Below, in pieces: positions 40,720-53,315 of a DNA stretch of 64,000 nucleotides. Every line of letters begins with the position of its first letter. Position 1 is the first letter of the stretch. Made by a program: the position numbers and the translations under genes. Where the stretch lies: assembly GCF_964194025.1 (NCBI RefSeq), contig NC_134470.1, forward strand, positions 36,766,001-36,830,000, read 5' to 3'. This DNA comes from Convolutriloba macropyga. Lineage: Eukaryota. Below the pieces are notes generated by a model that worked only from the letters and a program-made list of their open reading frames with translations, was not told the DNA's origin and made no database searches.

Positions 40720-43700
40720 TTCACTACTGGTCTCTTGTACACTCGGTTGTTCGTTCGAACTATCGCTGATCAGACGGTCTCCGTTACTCAACCTTGATTG
40801 TAATATCCACGCTTATCGCTCTCTTCGATCAACCAAACGAGATCGCCTTCTTTAAGGGTTTCGTTCGACGTAGATCGCCATTTTTGTCGATTATTCAGAG
40901 TTGGCAGATATTCTTTACGGAATCTGTCCCATCTGAGAATTGCATATTCTTGAGTTTGTGGAAAGAGCTTTCGATGATCAAAAAATTTCTCTGCGCATGG
41001 TAGGTTAGGTAAGCAAACGTTCCTGTTGCCAAGCAAGAAGTGATTTGGGGGTCAATGCTTCTAAGTCATTAACGTCTGAACTGACTGGAGTCAACGGTCT
41101 TGCATTCAATGTCTGCTCAACAATACACATCGTTGTTGAAAGAACGTCCTCTGTTACCCAACACTGCATACATTGTTTTCTTGCAACTTCTTGCCAACCG
41201 TTCCCATACTCCACCAAAGTGAGGTGCTGCGGGTGGGTTGAACTTCCATCTGATTCCTCGTTGAACTAGATGTTCTTCGATCCTTTCTTTGTTCCACGCC
41301 GCAACGTATTCTGCAAACTCTTTTTCAGCTCCAACAAAGTTTGTCCCGTTGTCGCTGATGACCGTACTTGGTCTGCCTTTTCGCGCAATAAATCTCATAA
41401 TTGAATTGAGACAGCTATTTATGTCCAACTTGGATACCACTTCTATATGCACCGCTCTCATAGTTAGACATGTGAACAGACAACACCATCGGTTTTCGTT
41501 TCTTCGGCCAATCTTCACAATTAAAGGGCCAAAGTAGTCAAATCCAACATTTTTCAAGGCTGTTGAGGCATCGAACCGCTCTTCGGGTAGATCGGCCATT
41601 ACTGGTGCTATCGTTTGTGCTCTGCTTTTTCTGCAGGTAACGCACTTGTTCTTGATCAATCTTAAGGCATTGCCTAGGAACCACATCTTCTGCTGAAGAT
41701 GTTCCTTACCTGCTCACTGCCCCCGTGTCGATCGTCCTTGTGCTCGTTTCTCAAGAATAATTCAACCACATAATGATTCTAACGTAGCAATATTGGATGC
41801 TTTGCATTGAAATCCAATTGATTTTTGCCTATTCTGCCTTTGGCTCGAATAAGTCCTTCTTCATCTAGGAAGGGTGAGAACTGGAGGATTTTGCTGTTCT
41901 TGCTGGAGTAACATAAAGATGCTGACTACGAGTGTGGCTGGTTTGTATTTGCTCAAAGCTCGCTGTACATATGCCACTGTATTTACTAGTCTGTTAAAAT
42001 TGCTGAATGATTCCTACTGAATGACAGCTTTCTTTTCTTCAGCTTGTATCGTGAAGACTGATGAGGGTATATTCTCTTCATTTGATGCAAAGATCAGGTT
42101 AACTTGCTCAGGCCACTCACTTTCTGGTCGCTTCAACCAGGCCGGCCCAGTGAGCCACCCATTTCTCTTGAGTTCCTCAATATTGATTGCTCTGGTGCCA
42201 ATATCCGCTGGGTTGTTGATACTGCTGTCATGTTTCCACTGTGAAACATCAGTTGTACCTAGTATCTCAGCCACTCGATTGGCCACAAACAATTGTTGCT
42301 TGCGATGGGAACTGTGTATCCTCTGAAATTCCGTAGTTGAGTCCAACCAAAAACTGCAATTATTTATCTTCATTTCGTGTTCCTTGACTATCTGTTCCTT
42401 CAACCTCACTGCCATGACTGCCGCTTGCAATTCCAATTGTGGTACTGAAAGATGCGTCATCGATGCGTCTCTACATTTTCCAATGACAAATGCTAAGCCA
42501 GCTAAGTATCATTTCGATTGTGAACGCAGACAGGCGACTGCACACATCGTGTCTTCAGATGCGTCAGCAAACGCATGAAGTTCGGTTTTATCCCTCTCTC
42601 TGTTGAAGTATATTCTGTCGATGCTTGTTTCAGCTGCTATTGGAAGTTGTTCTTTCCATCTCATGAATTCTCCTTCTTCGCCAGGCTCCACTTCGTTGTC
42701 TCAATGTTGCTCATTCTTAGTCCACATGCCTTTCAGAATTTCTCTTATGTGAACAATGAACGGAGCAAACAATCCGATCGGGTCGAATACTGAACAGACT
42801 TGTGGCAGAACTTTCCTCTGGGTTATAGGTGTTTCAACTTCCTTCTTCGTACCTCTGCACACTTGGAGACTATAATCAGTAACAATTTATTGTAGTCCTA
42901 GCACTAAGGATCCCTCCGTATTGGGTTCCACTTCGACTTGCTTCGTGTTGCTGATTGATTTCAAGTTCTCCGGGATTGCTTTTGTAACTGCATCGTTGTT
43001 GCTTATCCACTTCTTCAGTTCCAATCCATGTTGTGAGAGAAGAGGTTGTAGTTGATTGAAGACCTCAAGTGCTTCTTCAGGGGTATCTACTGATTTAATT
43101 GGATAGTCTTTTTCGTTGTCGAGTCCCACTCGCTTTAGAGCATAACCTGCACAAGTTGGAGAACTCTTAGCTCCAAATACATGACGCTGATATTCGTACA
43201 TCTGAACAGGTTCGTGGATCCTCTTTTTCGTTGTCGAGTCCCACTCGCTTGAGAGCATAGTCTGCACAAGTTGGACAACTTTTAGCTCCAAATACATGAC
43301 GCTGATATTCGTACATCTGAACAGGTTCGTTAGTTCTTGGACGCCATAGAAACCTCAAGCAACTTTTATCCTGTTCCGGAACTTGCACTTGTAAAATCAT
43401 CGATTCGATGTCAGCTGTCAGGGCTATTGGTTCTTCACGGAATCTGAATATTGTTCAAATCAAACCGAGTAGCAGATCAGGTTCGGCTAGTAGCTTGTCA
43501 TTTAGGCATACTTCTTTGTATTTTGATGCAGCATTGCAAACAAGTCTTTTTTGCCAGACTTGTTCGGGTTTAGCACTGGATGGTGTGGCAAAAACCATTC
43601 TTTCCCGAAAATGCCTTTCATTTTGGACTCGTCCAATATCTTTACGAATCCCTTTTTTTACATCTGTATACATTGACTGTTGATACGAATTTTTCAGGGT

Positions 43701-44500
43701 TGGGTCCATTTGGAATCTTCGCACCATTGAGTAAAGCTGACCCAGGCCTAAGCTGTAGTTGTTCGGTAGTTTTGGCTCTAGTTCACTCCACAGCATTCCC
43801 ATTTCGTAACGCTCGCCTGTGAACTTTGTTGTACTCTCTAGCATCTTTTGTGCCTGCAGTTCCTTCTTTGACTAACTGACGATGTTGATTTTGGAAGCAT
43901 AGGTTTCTATGTCTCATCAAGTTTGGATATTCTCAGCCAGTTTCATAACTTCTGTGAAGGCGAAATGACAAACCTTTTGGTTTCTTTTGCCCATCATGGG
44001 TCCACTGACTACCCATCCTAGCTCTGTTAGAACGGCTGAAAATTCTCTTCGTGTTCCAATTTGGTAGTCCAATAGGCGTTGTAGCTCATAAGCATCTTGA
44101 TCAAGGATGATGCCAACTTCCATCAAGTTGAAGCCTTTGTTGGTTAGAACACTCAAGTGATTGAGGCTTTGCTTCAGCTTGTTGTAGTTGTAGTTTGTGT
44201 TTCTCAAGGAGATTAACGGGTGTGCAAACGGAATGCACCCTTGAATGTAGTCCATTTATCTTGAGAGGAACCTTTTCTGTCTTCAGATCCTTTGTTACTT
44301 GTATGCCAGAAAAGTGCTATGTTGAGCGTCACATCGGTGCCTTGGGCTCTTAACTTCTCTTGCACACTTTTATCGATGAAAGAATCCGTTGATCCACTAT
44401 CGAGGAAAGCATATGTGTTCAGCTTGTTAACACCGCTCTGTATTGAGACAGGAACTATCTGAAGAAAGCTTGTAACTTACTTTGGTTGATTGTTGCTGCG
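40720..44500 (-). pseudogene. pol: BEL/Pao pol (aspartic protease, RT, RNase H, integrase), fragmented
   Basis: YAFLDSGSTDSF (~44385-44415); RLVCNAASKYKEVCLND; RHVFGAKSSP; LHAFADASE; VPQLELQAAVMAVRL; NPADIGTR; integrase GFDYFGP, SDNGTNFVGA, APHFGGVWERL, LNARPLT; C-terminal WDRFRKEYLPTLNNRQKW. Confidence 0.93.
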
Positions 44501-44553
44501 CTTAAGTTGACTGCATGACTGCCCTAGTCCACTTGGTTTTCTGAGTGTAGCAA

Positions 44554-46423
44554 TTAGTTGTGCTTCTTGATGTATCTATTAATGCCGCATGCATTGACTT
44601 TACAATCTTTGATTGCATGTCCTTTGCCTAGACATCCGTAACGTAAGCGTTGCTTCCTCACTGCTGCGTACCGATCTTTCACACTCATGTTCCTGGATAG
44701 TGGACAATTCCAAATTTTATGAGCATGAGTGCCATCAACTAGCGGGCAATGATCGCTTGGCATTTGCTTGGTTTCTTTCACGTTCAAACTAGCACTGAAA
44801 TTCGATGTTTTCGAGAACCGTTTGCCTCCATTTGTGCCTCTTCGGTCTTCTTCTTTTTGCTCTCTTTTGGAAGATGAAAACTTTTCATGCACGAAAGCTA
44901 TCCTAGATAGCCATTTTTCAAACATAATCAGATCAGGGCAATCTTCATCTTTATCATCAACCTAGAGCCACCACTCCTCTTTGAGAACTTCAGGTAGTTT
45001 ACCTACTGCCATATAGAGTGTCGAGCTTGATTGCAGATCACCAATCTGCTTGTATGCTTTAAGTACGTTCACAAAGTTCGAAACACAAACTGAGAAGCTG
45101 ATCAGACCTTTCGAGTCGTGAGGTTTCACCTGACTAGCCTTGCGAAGACCCTCCAGTTGTGCATCAATTGTTACATGAGGCCGTCCAAACTTCCTCTCCA
45201 GAATGCTCCATGCAGCACCATAGAACTGTCCAGAATAGCCCATTCCAGAGATTGCTAATCTTGCCTTGCCTGTCAGTAGAGTCTTCAGGTGGTTCATTTT
45301 CTCTGAGTCCGGTACTGGGCGTTGATCCAAAGTAGCAATGAACATACTAGACCACTCTGGCCATTCGAGGGGGTTTCCATCGAAGTTGTTCAACTTCTGC
45401 TTTGATAGGTCACTGCTACCTGCATACCCACTGTAGTAGACCAGCTCTAGGGGAAACGTCCCGGTCTTCAAGACTTGGATCGGTCACGTGAACTGCGATA
45501 TCGTGAGAAGCGACCAGACCTGTTCACTTCAGGTGTTACTTCGAAGCGAGCTGTTGATCGAGCTGGTGTTAGAAAGTTGACGATTCTACTGGCCCAGTCT
45601 GCGACATCTCTCTTCTTTGGGGGTCCAAATGAAGGGTGACTTGTCTCATCTGCATTTACAGCTCTAGCGTTCTTCGTTTGAATGTTGCCTGTTCCGGTCG
45701 CATCTTGGTTTCGAACTCGATATCGAATTTCTTCATCCTTTCCTTGCGCTTTTGCTTTGCTGAAGATGATTCCGAAACATTTTCCGTCTCCTGGCCGCTT
45801 TAATCCATTTTGTACTGTTTGAGCAACTGGGTTGTCCGTTGAGTAGTTGTTGTTGCCCTTTCTGTCGTTCACTGCTTGAGTTGTGTTGCTTTTCTCTGCA
45901 TTCATTGATGTTTGTGTGCCTTTGCTTATATATGCAAGCCAATGATAGTCCAGACTTGCCTTGCACTTCCTTGCCTTTTTCAGATGTTCTTCAACGAAAT
46001 TTGCTTGTTAGGGAACAAGCTTGTTTTGACGCTGCAGTTGCTTGGGTATTTCTTCTTCTAGAAGGTGAACAGTCTGTTGGTAGAGGAAGTTTAGTTTTTC
46101 GGGTCGATCCGAATCTTCAATTATTTTGTAGCCAATCCCTGTTTTAGTGTTATTTTTATCCACTAAATCCTGGAATTCTTGTCCTACAATTGAGATGTTG
46201 ATTGAAGCTCCTCTCTGCGGGTTGTGATTGAATTACCTTGTTGCTGTTTGCTTTTGTTTTGTTTACTCCGTTTAAGCGAGGTTAGCTCTTCAACGCCATT
46301 TGTGAACTGCACTCGCACCTTTCTCTCTTCCTCACTGGAGTTCCGCTGTTGATTTGTTTGATTCTCTTTGGGGGGTGCCTTTGGCACTCTCTTAACCGGA
46401 CTGGAAAGCAGTTTGCCTTCCAC
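44554..46423 (-). pseudogene. gag: BEL/Pao gag, fragmented
   Basis: FDGNPLEWPEWSSMF..EKMNHLKTLLTGKA..AWSILERKFG (DUF1759-like). Cys/His knuckle remnants CPLVDGTHAHKIWNC and (C)YGCLGKGHAIKDC. Confidence 0.85.
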
Positions 46424-46429
46424 TACCTG

Positions 46430-46442
46430 GGTTGACGGACCA
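46430..46442 (-). promoter_or_regulatory. Primer binding site (degenerate, tRNA-Tyr-like)
   Basis: tggtccgtcaacc, 2 nt downstream of the 5' LTR's terminal CA. Resembles the TGGTCCTTCGAGCC-type PBS common in BEL elements. Confidence 0.65.
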
Positions 46443-46444
46443 AA

Positions 46445-47684
46445 TGTAATGGCTGCTCTCCTACCAAAGTCAAGGAAAACTTAACACCGCCCCGTTCGTT
46501 TCAGCGGTTTCAAATTTGTCGGGGTATTGTGTTTTTGCAGTTATTATTTGTGAACTGTATTATCCGCTATACTGTTTATCAACTTACCGTTGCATTGCTT
46601 GGTACTCTATTACTCTTGATAACTAATTGCTCAGCTTTACAGAATAACCAACTTTTTTGTATAACAAAATAATTCTCAGAATAACAAAATAATATAAATG
46701 AAACAATTAAATTTTTTGCTTGAGTTTGGTTAATAACACAAAATGTAAATCAAAATTTCAAATTATCTTAAAATACAGTCTTTAGTAATAGACCTATTAA
46801 CTATTCGAAACAATAATTAACTTGATTAGTCAAGTAAGAAAAAAAAGCAAACGCAAACATAATTAATAACTGAGTTTGCAATTATTCGTTTTAATAACTT
46901 GTTTCTAGTCTTCAATTGGCCTCAATAACACCAATATTGAACCTATGCTAGGCTTTGATATCGCCAGTAAAAGCAACTGACTATGTGCTTTGCACAAAGT
47001 TTTTCTTTCTTATTAGGAACTTTTTTCCTCAGAAAGAAAGTTTTGAGAATGTCAAAGATATTCTCTTTTCAACAAGTCAACATTAAGTCATACTGTGCAA
47101 TCACTAATATGATCTACAGAAACAAGACACGATAACAAATAACTTACCACTCAAGAAAATGTGCTTCAATACGCACTGTATTTCAGTTTAATAAGACCAA
47201 ATTAACGATTTTCAACTGATTTTTGGTAGTTTTTCAAGCTCGATTTATACTGCCGTGCATGTCAAAATTGCATCTCTGATTGGTTGTAGATTACTATGTC
47301 GTAAGATTCTCTGCACTGAGGTTAGGGTTCGGGATACCGTATACGGTGCCCCTCACTCTCTGAATTGGTAGGGAAATTGCAAAATTCATCGAATCTGGCT
47401 TACCAAGTTTGGTATCTCTTACTCCGTTTCAGCTAAATTTGTGTGACACTTCAATACGTGGCAATAATAGTAGAGTTCGATTTTGCGTTTCAGTTTCACT
47501 TCATGTTTGATGACTACGTACTAATAATAGTTACTTAATGTTGAACAAAGTGAACATATCCTTATGACTTCAGTAGAATGTAGCATTAAATTTCGCTTGT
47601 CATGCTATTCTAAATTGGACTGCTAGAAATTACCTTGAGGCGCTATTCAATTTGGTTAGTGAGTTAGTAAGCTCAGCCGACACA
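46445..47684 (-). repeat. 5' LTR of the BEL/Pao element
   Basis: tgtaatggctgctctcc...gctcagccgacaca. Confidence 0.93.
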
Positions 47685-50600
47685 CACCTACCGACATTTT
47701 TCAGGGTTTTTTTTACTGTTTTCAGCGCTATTTTGCTGGTGTTCACCTCAAACACAGCGCTCTTCTCAGTTCTTTTTAAATCTGCATACTACACTCGTGA
47801 ACAACACTAAACAATTAAATGGAAATATTACACAGAAAGAAAATTGCCTCTTGTTGAGGTCAAAACTGTTTCTTTTACATAGCTATTTCCGTTTTCCGTT
47901 AATTTTATAAGATTCTAGTGCAAATCGATCGAAATTTAAATGTTCTAATTTCTAGAAAAATTACAAAAGTTTTTACGGAGAAAATCCTGATCGAATTAGC
48001 TCTTTTCTGTGAGAGATAGTGAGTTCAATACCACGTAAAATCTGTTCAACTCTAAAACAAAAATAATAAATTCGCAAAAGCAAAAAAAAACTGCTTCAAA
48101 CAATGTGAGCAGGATGAAGTTCAACAGATTTACATCAAACTTAACTAACTGCTTTTTAAAGAAAACTGGCAAACGGCTATCCAGCTTCTCTCCGTGAGTG
48201 CAATTGATTCAATTAAAACTCAAGGAACACAAAAATTGAATACTGTTGAAAACAGGCCATATACAATGTTATTTCGCTGTTTGAACGTTTAATTTTGTCA
48301 ATGTGTGTATGATCTCCATAATGTAATCTTCTCAACTAGTTGCCAACATGATGATTTCTAAGCAACAAAAGAAAAGCAACACTTCTCTTATGTATTATAA
48401 AACGTGCATAAACTAATTATATTTCACATCTGGCAATTGTTTGTGTTCTTCGTGCTATAAAATTCCTCAACTCGACTATCTGAAACTTTGATCGTCGTGC
48501 TCATTAAAAGATGCAGAGCATCAGCAATGCTGGTGCCAGTGACAATAACAGACAATGAAAGAGTCTTAAGGAATACAAAAATATGAATATTATTGAACAG
48601 AGGCCTTTTATATTGTAGTTTTGCTTTTGAACGGTTAGCTTTTTCAATTTGTTTATGATCTCTTTTATGTATTCTTCTGAACTAGTTGCCAACATGATAA
48701 CTTCTGAGCAACAAAAAGAAAAATAAGCTTTCTCGTATGTATTATAAAACGTACACAAACTAAAAAAACTTCAATTTTGGAAATCGTTTGTGTTTTTCGT
48801 GCTATACAAATTTCTAAAGTCAACTACAGAAAACTTTTATATATGAAATTTTGATCTTCCTGCACATTAAAAAACACAAAGCTTCGGCAATGCTGGTGCT
48901 AGTGACAATGGCAGACGCATCAAAATACAGAAGTTCTATATTGCTGATCAACCAGAATGAGAAATTTTGAATACTTTTTTTATGTTTGGATCATGAACAA
49001 AAATCACATCAAAATCGCATGTTTAAGAATACCAAATTAAAATAGACATATATGCTCAGAGATCGCGTTACGACAGAAGAGAAACTATATGTTTTTCGTG
49101 AAAAATTATCTGATTTTTGGTTGTCGTAGTTTAATAACAACTGCCACGGGTCGCTAAGTCAGGGCAAAATGTGCTTGTTCCCTATACTTAACATTCAACT
49201 GTGTGAAATTTTTGTTGTTTTTGTGCAACAAAATTTCAACTCAGAACCTCTCGGCCTATCAAATGCGTTGAAATTTCTAATGTCGGTACGTGTTTTTGTC
49301 CAGACGTCACTATAGGTACCCTTCAATTTGAATTTTTCTGAAAGGTGCTGAAGAGTAAGAAATCAGTGCTGAGTTCAGCGCTAATTCAGTGCTTTCTGCT
49401 GCATCTTTCAAGCTGTTTTCAGCGATTCCTAAAATTTTTGGCGCAATATCGGTCAGATACTCTACATTTCTTAGAGCTAAATTGCACCTCTCATCGCTTT
49501 TTTGCCTGAAATTTTCAGCTGAAGTTCAGAGCTTATCTCAGTTCTTTCCAAACCTGTATGCAACAATTGTGATCGACATCAAAGTTTTAATTTGAAAAAC
49601 TACACCAAAAAATTGCCTTATTTTGATGCACAAAACATTTCTATAACATTATAATTTCCCTTTTCCGTTAAATCTAGATGAGTCAGCTACAAATCGATAT
49701 CGATAGAAAATTAATTGTTCTAATTTTTAGAGAAACGATAAAATTATTGAAGTAGAAAATCCAGATAGTAGTGTAGCTTTAAAAGTGAAAACACTGCTTC
49801 GAAAATGTGCGCGTGGTCAAATTGAACAGATATACATTAAATTGAACTGCCTCTTCTAGAAAACTAGAAAATTGCTATCGAAATTTGCGCCATGAAAGCA
49901 GTTGATTCATAAAGGTCATAAGGAACACAAAAAGCGGAAAATTTATGAACACACGCCATTTACAAGGTAATTTTGCTTTCAAACAGTTGATTTGTCAATT
50001 TGTGCAATTTGTCTCCGTTTTGTAATCTTCTGAACTAGTTGCCGACATGAAAACTTCTAAGCAACAAAAAGAAATTAATCTTGCTCGCATGTTTTATAAA
50101 ACGTGCCAAAACTGATTAAATGTTACATCTGGCGATTGTTTGTGTTTTTCGTGCTATTAAAAAATTTATGAAGTCGACTACAGATAATTTCTATATCTGA
50201 AATTTTGATCGTCCTGCTCATTAAAAGATCCAAAGCATCAGCAATGCTGGTACTACTGACAGTGGCAGCAGTATCAAAATACAGAAGTTCTAATTTGACA
50301 ATTAAACAGAATTGAGAAAATTTAAATCCTTTTTTATGGTTTGATCATGAACAAAATTTCCATGTTCTAGAATACTAATTTAAAATAGATATATATGCTC
50401 AGAGATTTCGTTACGACGGAAGAGAAACTATATGTTTTTTGTGGAAACTTATCTGATTTTTCGTGGTGGTAGTTTAATATCAACTGCCATGGGCCGCTGA
50501 ATCATGGCAAATTGTGGTGGCTCTCTATACTTAGCATTAAACGGTGCAAATTTTTTGTTAATTTTGTGCAGTGGAACCACAGCTCAAAAATTTTCGGCCG

Positions 50601-51913
50601 ATCAGACTAGTAGAAAATTTTACCTTTCGGTACGTCTATCTGTAGAGACATCACTATTAGTACGATTCAATTTGAAGAGTAATAATGCAATACAGAGCAT
50701 GTTATACAGAACAAAACGAAAACGGTTTGAACTCAGATAGACAAAGATTCAGTCAAGATGCAAAAAAAAATTTAATGGAGCAATATGATTGGCTAGATTT
50801 TGCATTCAACTCATATATAAGAAATTTCTTGACCAATGAAAGAAAAACGAAAAACATACGCTATAAATAGCAATAAAAAGCTATTTACTAATTTTTAAAC
50901 AAGAACTTGTTTTTATTGATCATGTCTCGCGGCCCATTGAATTACTGGGCTCGTGGGACTTGATGTGATTTCATCACAAGCAAACAAATTAATGCGGCCA
51001 ACTGATTTACATTAAGAAGTTTTGTTACTTCCTAGAGTCTACAATATCGATAACTTGATACACTTAACTTGTTCGGCTATCTGCACCTTCTGCTATCTGA
51101 CATACCACCAAAACAACATGCATACCAAGACAACAGCGGTCAAAATAATTTAAAGCATCAAATGTCAGGCCTTTTTCACCTTAAGAGCAATTTGAAAACG
51201 GATTTCAAATTTTGCGAGAAAAAAACATTTGAGTTGCGCCAAAGAAAACGGAGCAGTGTTTTCAATCTACCGACCATAAAAACAGTATTTGATTGCAATC
51301 TTGCACTCAGCAGATAATTTTTTTCTATACTCGATAATAATTCTTCCTCAAAACGGGAGCTTAAAAAATGACAAGAGCACAAAATTGCCGAGTTAGCAAG
51401 CAAAAAATGTTCCTGAAATGCACGTGTTCAAAAAAGTCCCAAACCTTCAAATTTAATTATGCAAAAAAATTCTTAAAAAATATATATCTTTTGTTGATCC
51501 GCTGATTTAATATTATTTATAGTTCATTCTAATCCTTTGAACATCTTATATTCCAAATACTGCAATTATTCATATTGGATTGTTCTCGGTCTCATAATGA
51601 TTTCAATGATGACCTAAACCTGAAGATTTTGTATATGGGTGTTTAATTGCTCTCAAACGAAGTTTGTAGCAATACATTAGGCCTTTGGTCTTTTTATGCA
51701 AATTTTCGCCCGACCAATTTTTTGTCTGACCCTTTTAACTATTCGTCCTGAAAAACGGGATGAGCAGGTAAAGTACGGAGGTCATTAAGTGACTAAGCAG
51801 CTCTCATAGTACCCTCTAAGTATGCGACATGTTATGGTGTGACGGGAGATTTGCGGTTCTTAATCTTAAAAGTGCGATCCCCTCTCAGCCAGTGATCTAC
51901 TCAATCGTTTTAG

Positions 51914-52103
51914 GACATCTCATTTGAGTGCAAAGTGTACAATCATGTGGCTGTGAGCTTCACGTACGGGTCAATTGTAAACCAGTCCTGTTCCCAGTAC
52001 CCCTCAGAGTCTGTCACATCTAATCGCAAGTGGTACTGGAGGCATGAAGTCAAAGATGGACCCACTACTTCATGTCAGACTATCAAAGACGCAGAACCAA
52101 CGA
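51914..52103 (+). CDS. PAN/apple + GON domain protein, exon 2
   Basis: Acceptor ttttag|GAC in phase 0. DISFECKVY completes the PAN motif. The exon ends GPTTSCQTIKDAEPT (GON-type SC..IK start) with donor A|gtaggg, phase 1. Confidence 0.7.
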
Positions 52104-53148
52104 GTAGGGCTTCAATTTTTTATGTAATTTCATCTAGAATCACATGAAAATGGTTTTAGGTTTAGCTCAAACGAATGATGGATTTCTTCGATCAGAGAAA
52201 AAAGTGGTGATGCCAGTCTAAACTTGGCAAAGAGCCTCCAACAAGCCTAAGTGTGGCAGATTATGCTTAGTTAAAATTTACTTGTTTTTAATAGCAGCCC
52301 TTCATGTCTTCATTCCATGTTTTTACGAAGTAACTTTGGTGCTCATCACGCTGATACAAAAAGTATCTAGAATTTAATAAAATAGAAACTTTATGCCCCA
52401 ATAAGACAGCGAAATGACTCATAAGATAGTAAAATTGCAGACTGTAAATTAAAAAGTGAGACATTTTCAGAGAACTGGCCCTGGTAAAAAAAAACATGAC
52501 GAATTCTGTCATGATTCAGCGCTGAACGACACTGGCACCATATTCCGGGTTGCTATTTTTTTCTCAAAATTTATGAAATTTCTTTGGTCTGTTTGGCTCT
52601 GAATGTTCCATTGGGCTGCTGGCCAGATTAAAGACTTTTAATGTTTCCCATACAATTCCTTGAATTATATCATAAGATTCGTCAAGGTAAGTTTTTGTGC
52701 ATGGCAAACAAAAATTTGTTTTGCTTTACCTCAATTCCACAGCTTGTTAGCAGCTGTTCATTCCTCAAAGTGCTTTTAAACAGCAGTTGCTCGGCAGAGC
52801 AATAAAAATTGAACATAGACAATATCGCTCAACAACTAAAGTTAAGCGGCAAAACTTGGATCGACCTAATGTCGAGCAGCAATCTTGGGTAAATCTGAAG
52901 TCGGGATGAACACACAAGTTAAGCTTAATTGTTTTTATAGACTATTTGAATATAGCATCTTTTTTTGACACTATTGGTCGAGCATGGTCTGTTCATTAGT
53001 AGAGTCCTAAATCTGGTCACTAGATCTCATACTTTTTCACCCAGGTTAATTTACCCCTCTAGCATTTTAGCTCGGGTATAAGAATTAGGCGTAAAAAGAG
53101 TAAACACCGTTTTTATCAATGGAAGGTTGGTTGTAATAACTATTGCAG

Positions 53149-53315
53149 GTCAAGATGGCTACTATGAAGTGCAAGTGAGAGGAGTGAAGATGAATGTGTA
53201 CTGTGTTATGGGACCAGGAGAGACTTACATAGACCTGGATGCATACAGCAACCACGGAGGAAATGGAAATGGGAACGATTCTCCCGTTTCGGAAGCAAGG
53301 AAAACATTTTCCAAA
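53149..53315 (+). CDS. PAN/apple + GON domain protein, exon 3 (GON N-terminal half)
   Basis: Acceptor ttgcag|GT in phase 1 joins to give S-QDGYYEVQVRGVKMNVYCVMGPGETYIDLDAYSN...RKTFSK. This matches the ADAMTS9/20 GON pattern DG.Y.l.v.G....vYC..M....eY..L...N......T.F.K. Donor AAA|gttagc. No further exon identified in the window. Confidence 0.7.

Larger units (their letters stand above)
39475..47684 (-). mobile_element. BEL/Pao LTR retrotransposon, full-length but decayed
   Basis: Two ~1.2 kb TG..CA LTRs, PBS and PPT, a 5-bp TSD with one mismatch (catct 39470-39474 / cacct 47685-47689), and gag-PR-RT-RH-IN order with BEL/Pao motifs. Many stops and frameshifts. Confidence 0.95.
39364..50676. 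repeat. Two-unit tandem of a ~1.3 kb unclassified repeat; unit A (39364-39474 + 47690-49335) is split by the BEL element, unit B is 49341-50676
   Basis: gctgaagag[c/t]aagaa..cagctgttttca at 39370 and 49347. Homology resumes after the LTR (aaggaacacaaaa 48222/49920; atatgctcagagat 49050/50393; ttcaatttgaa 49322/50666). Unit A has an extra ~350 bp internal duplication (~48325 vs ~48675). Confidence 0.8.

Noticed and set aside
40794-46147. Plus-strand ORFs within the BEL element
   Set aside because: Antisense shadows of gag-pol with no independent coding signal.
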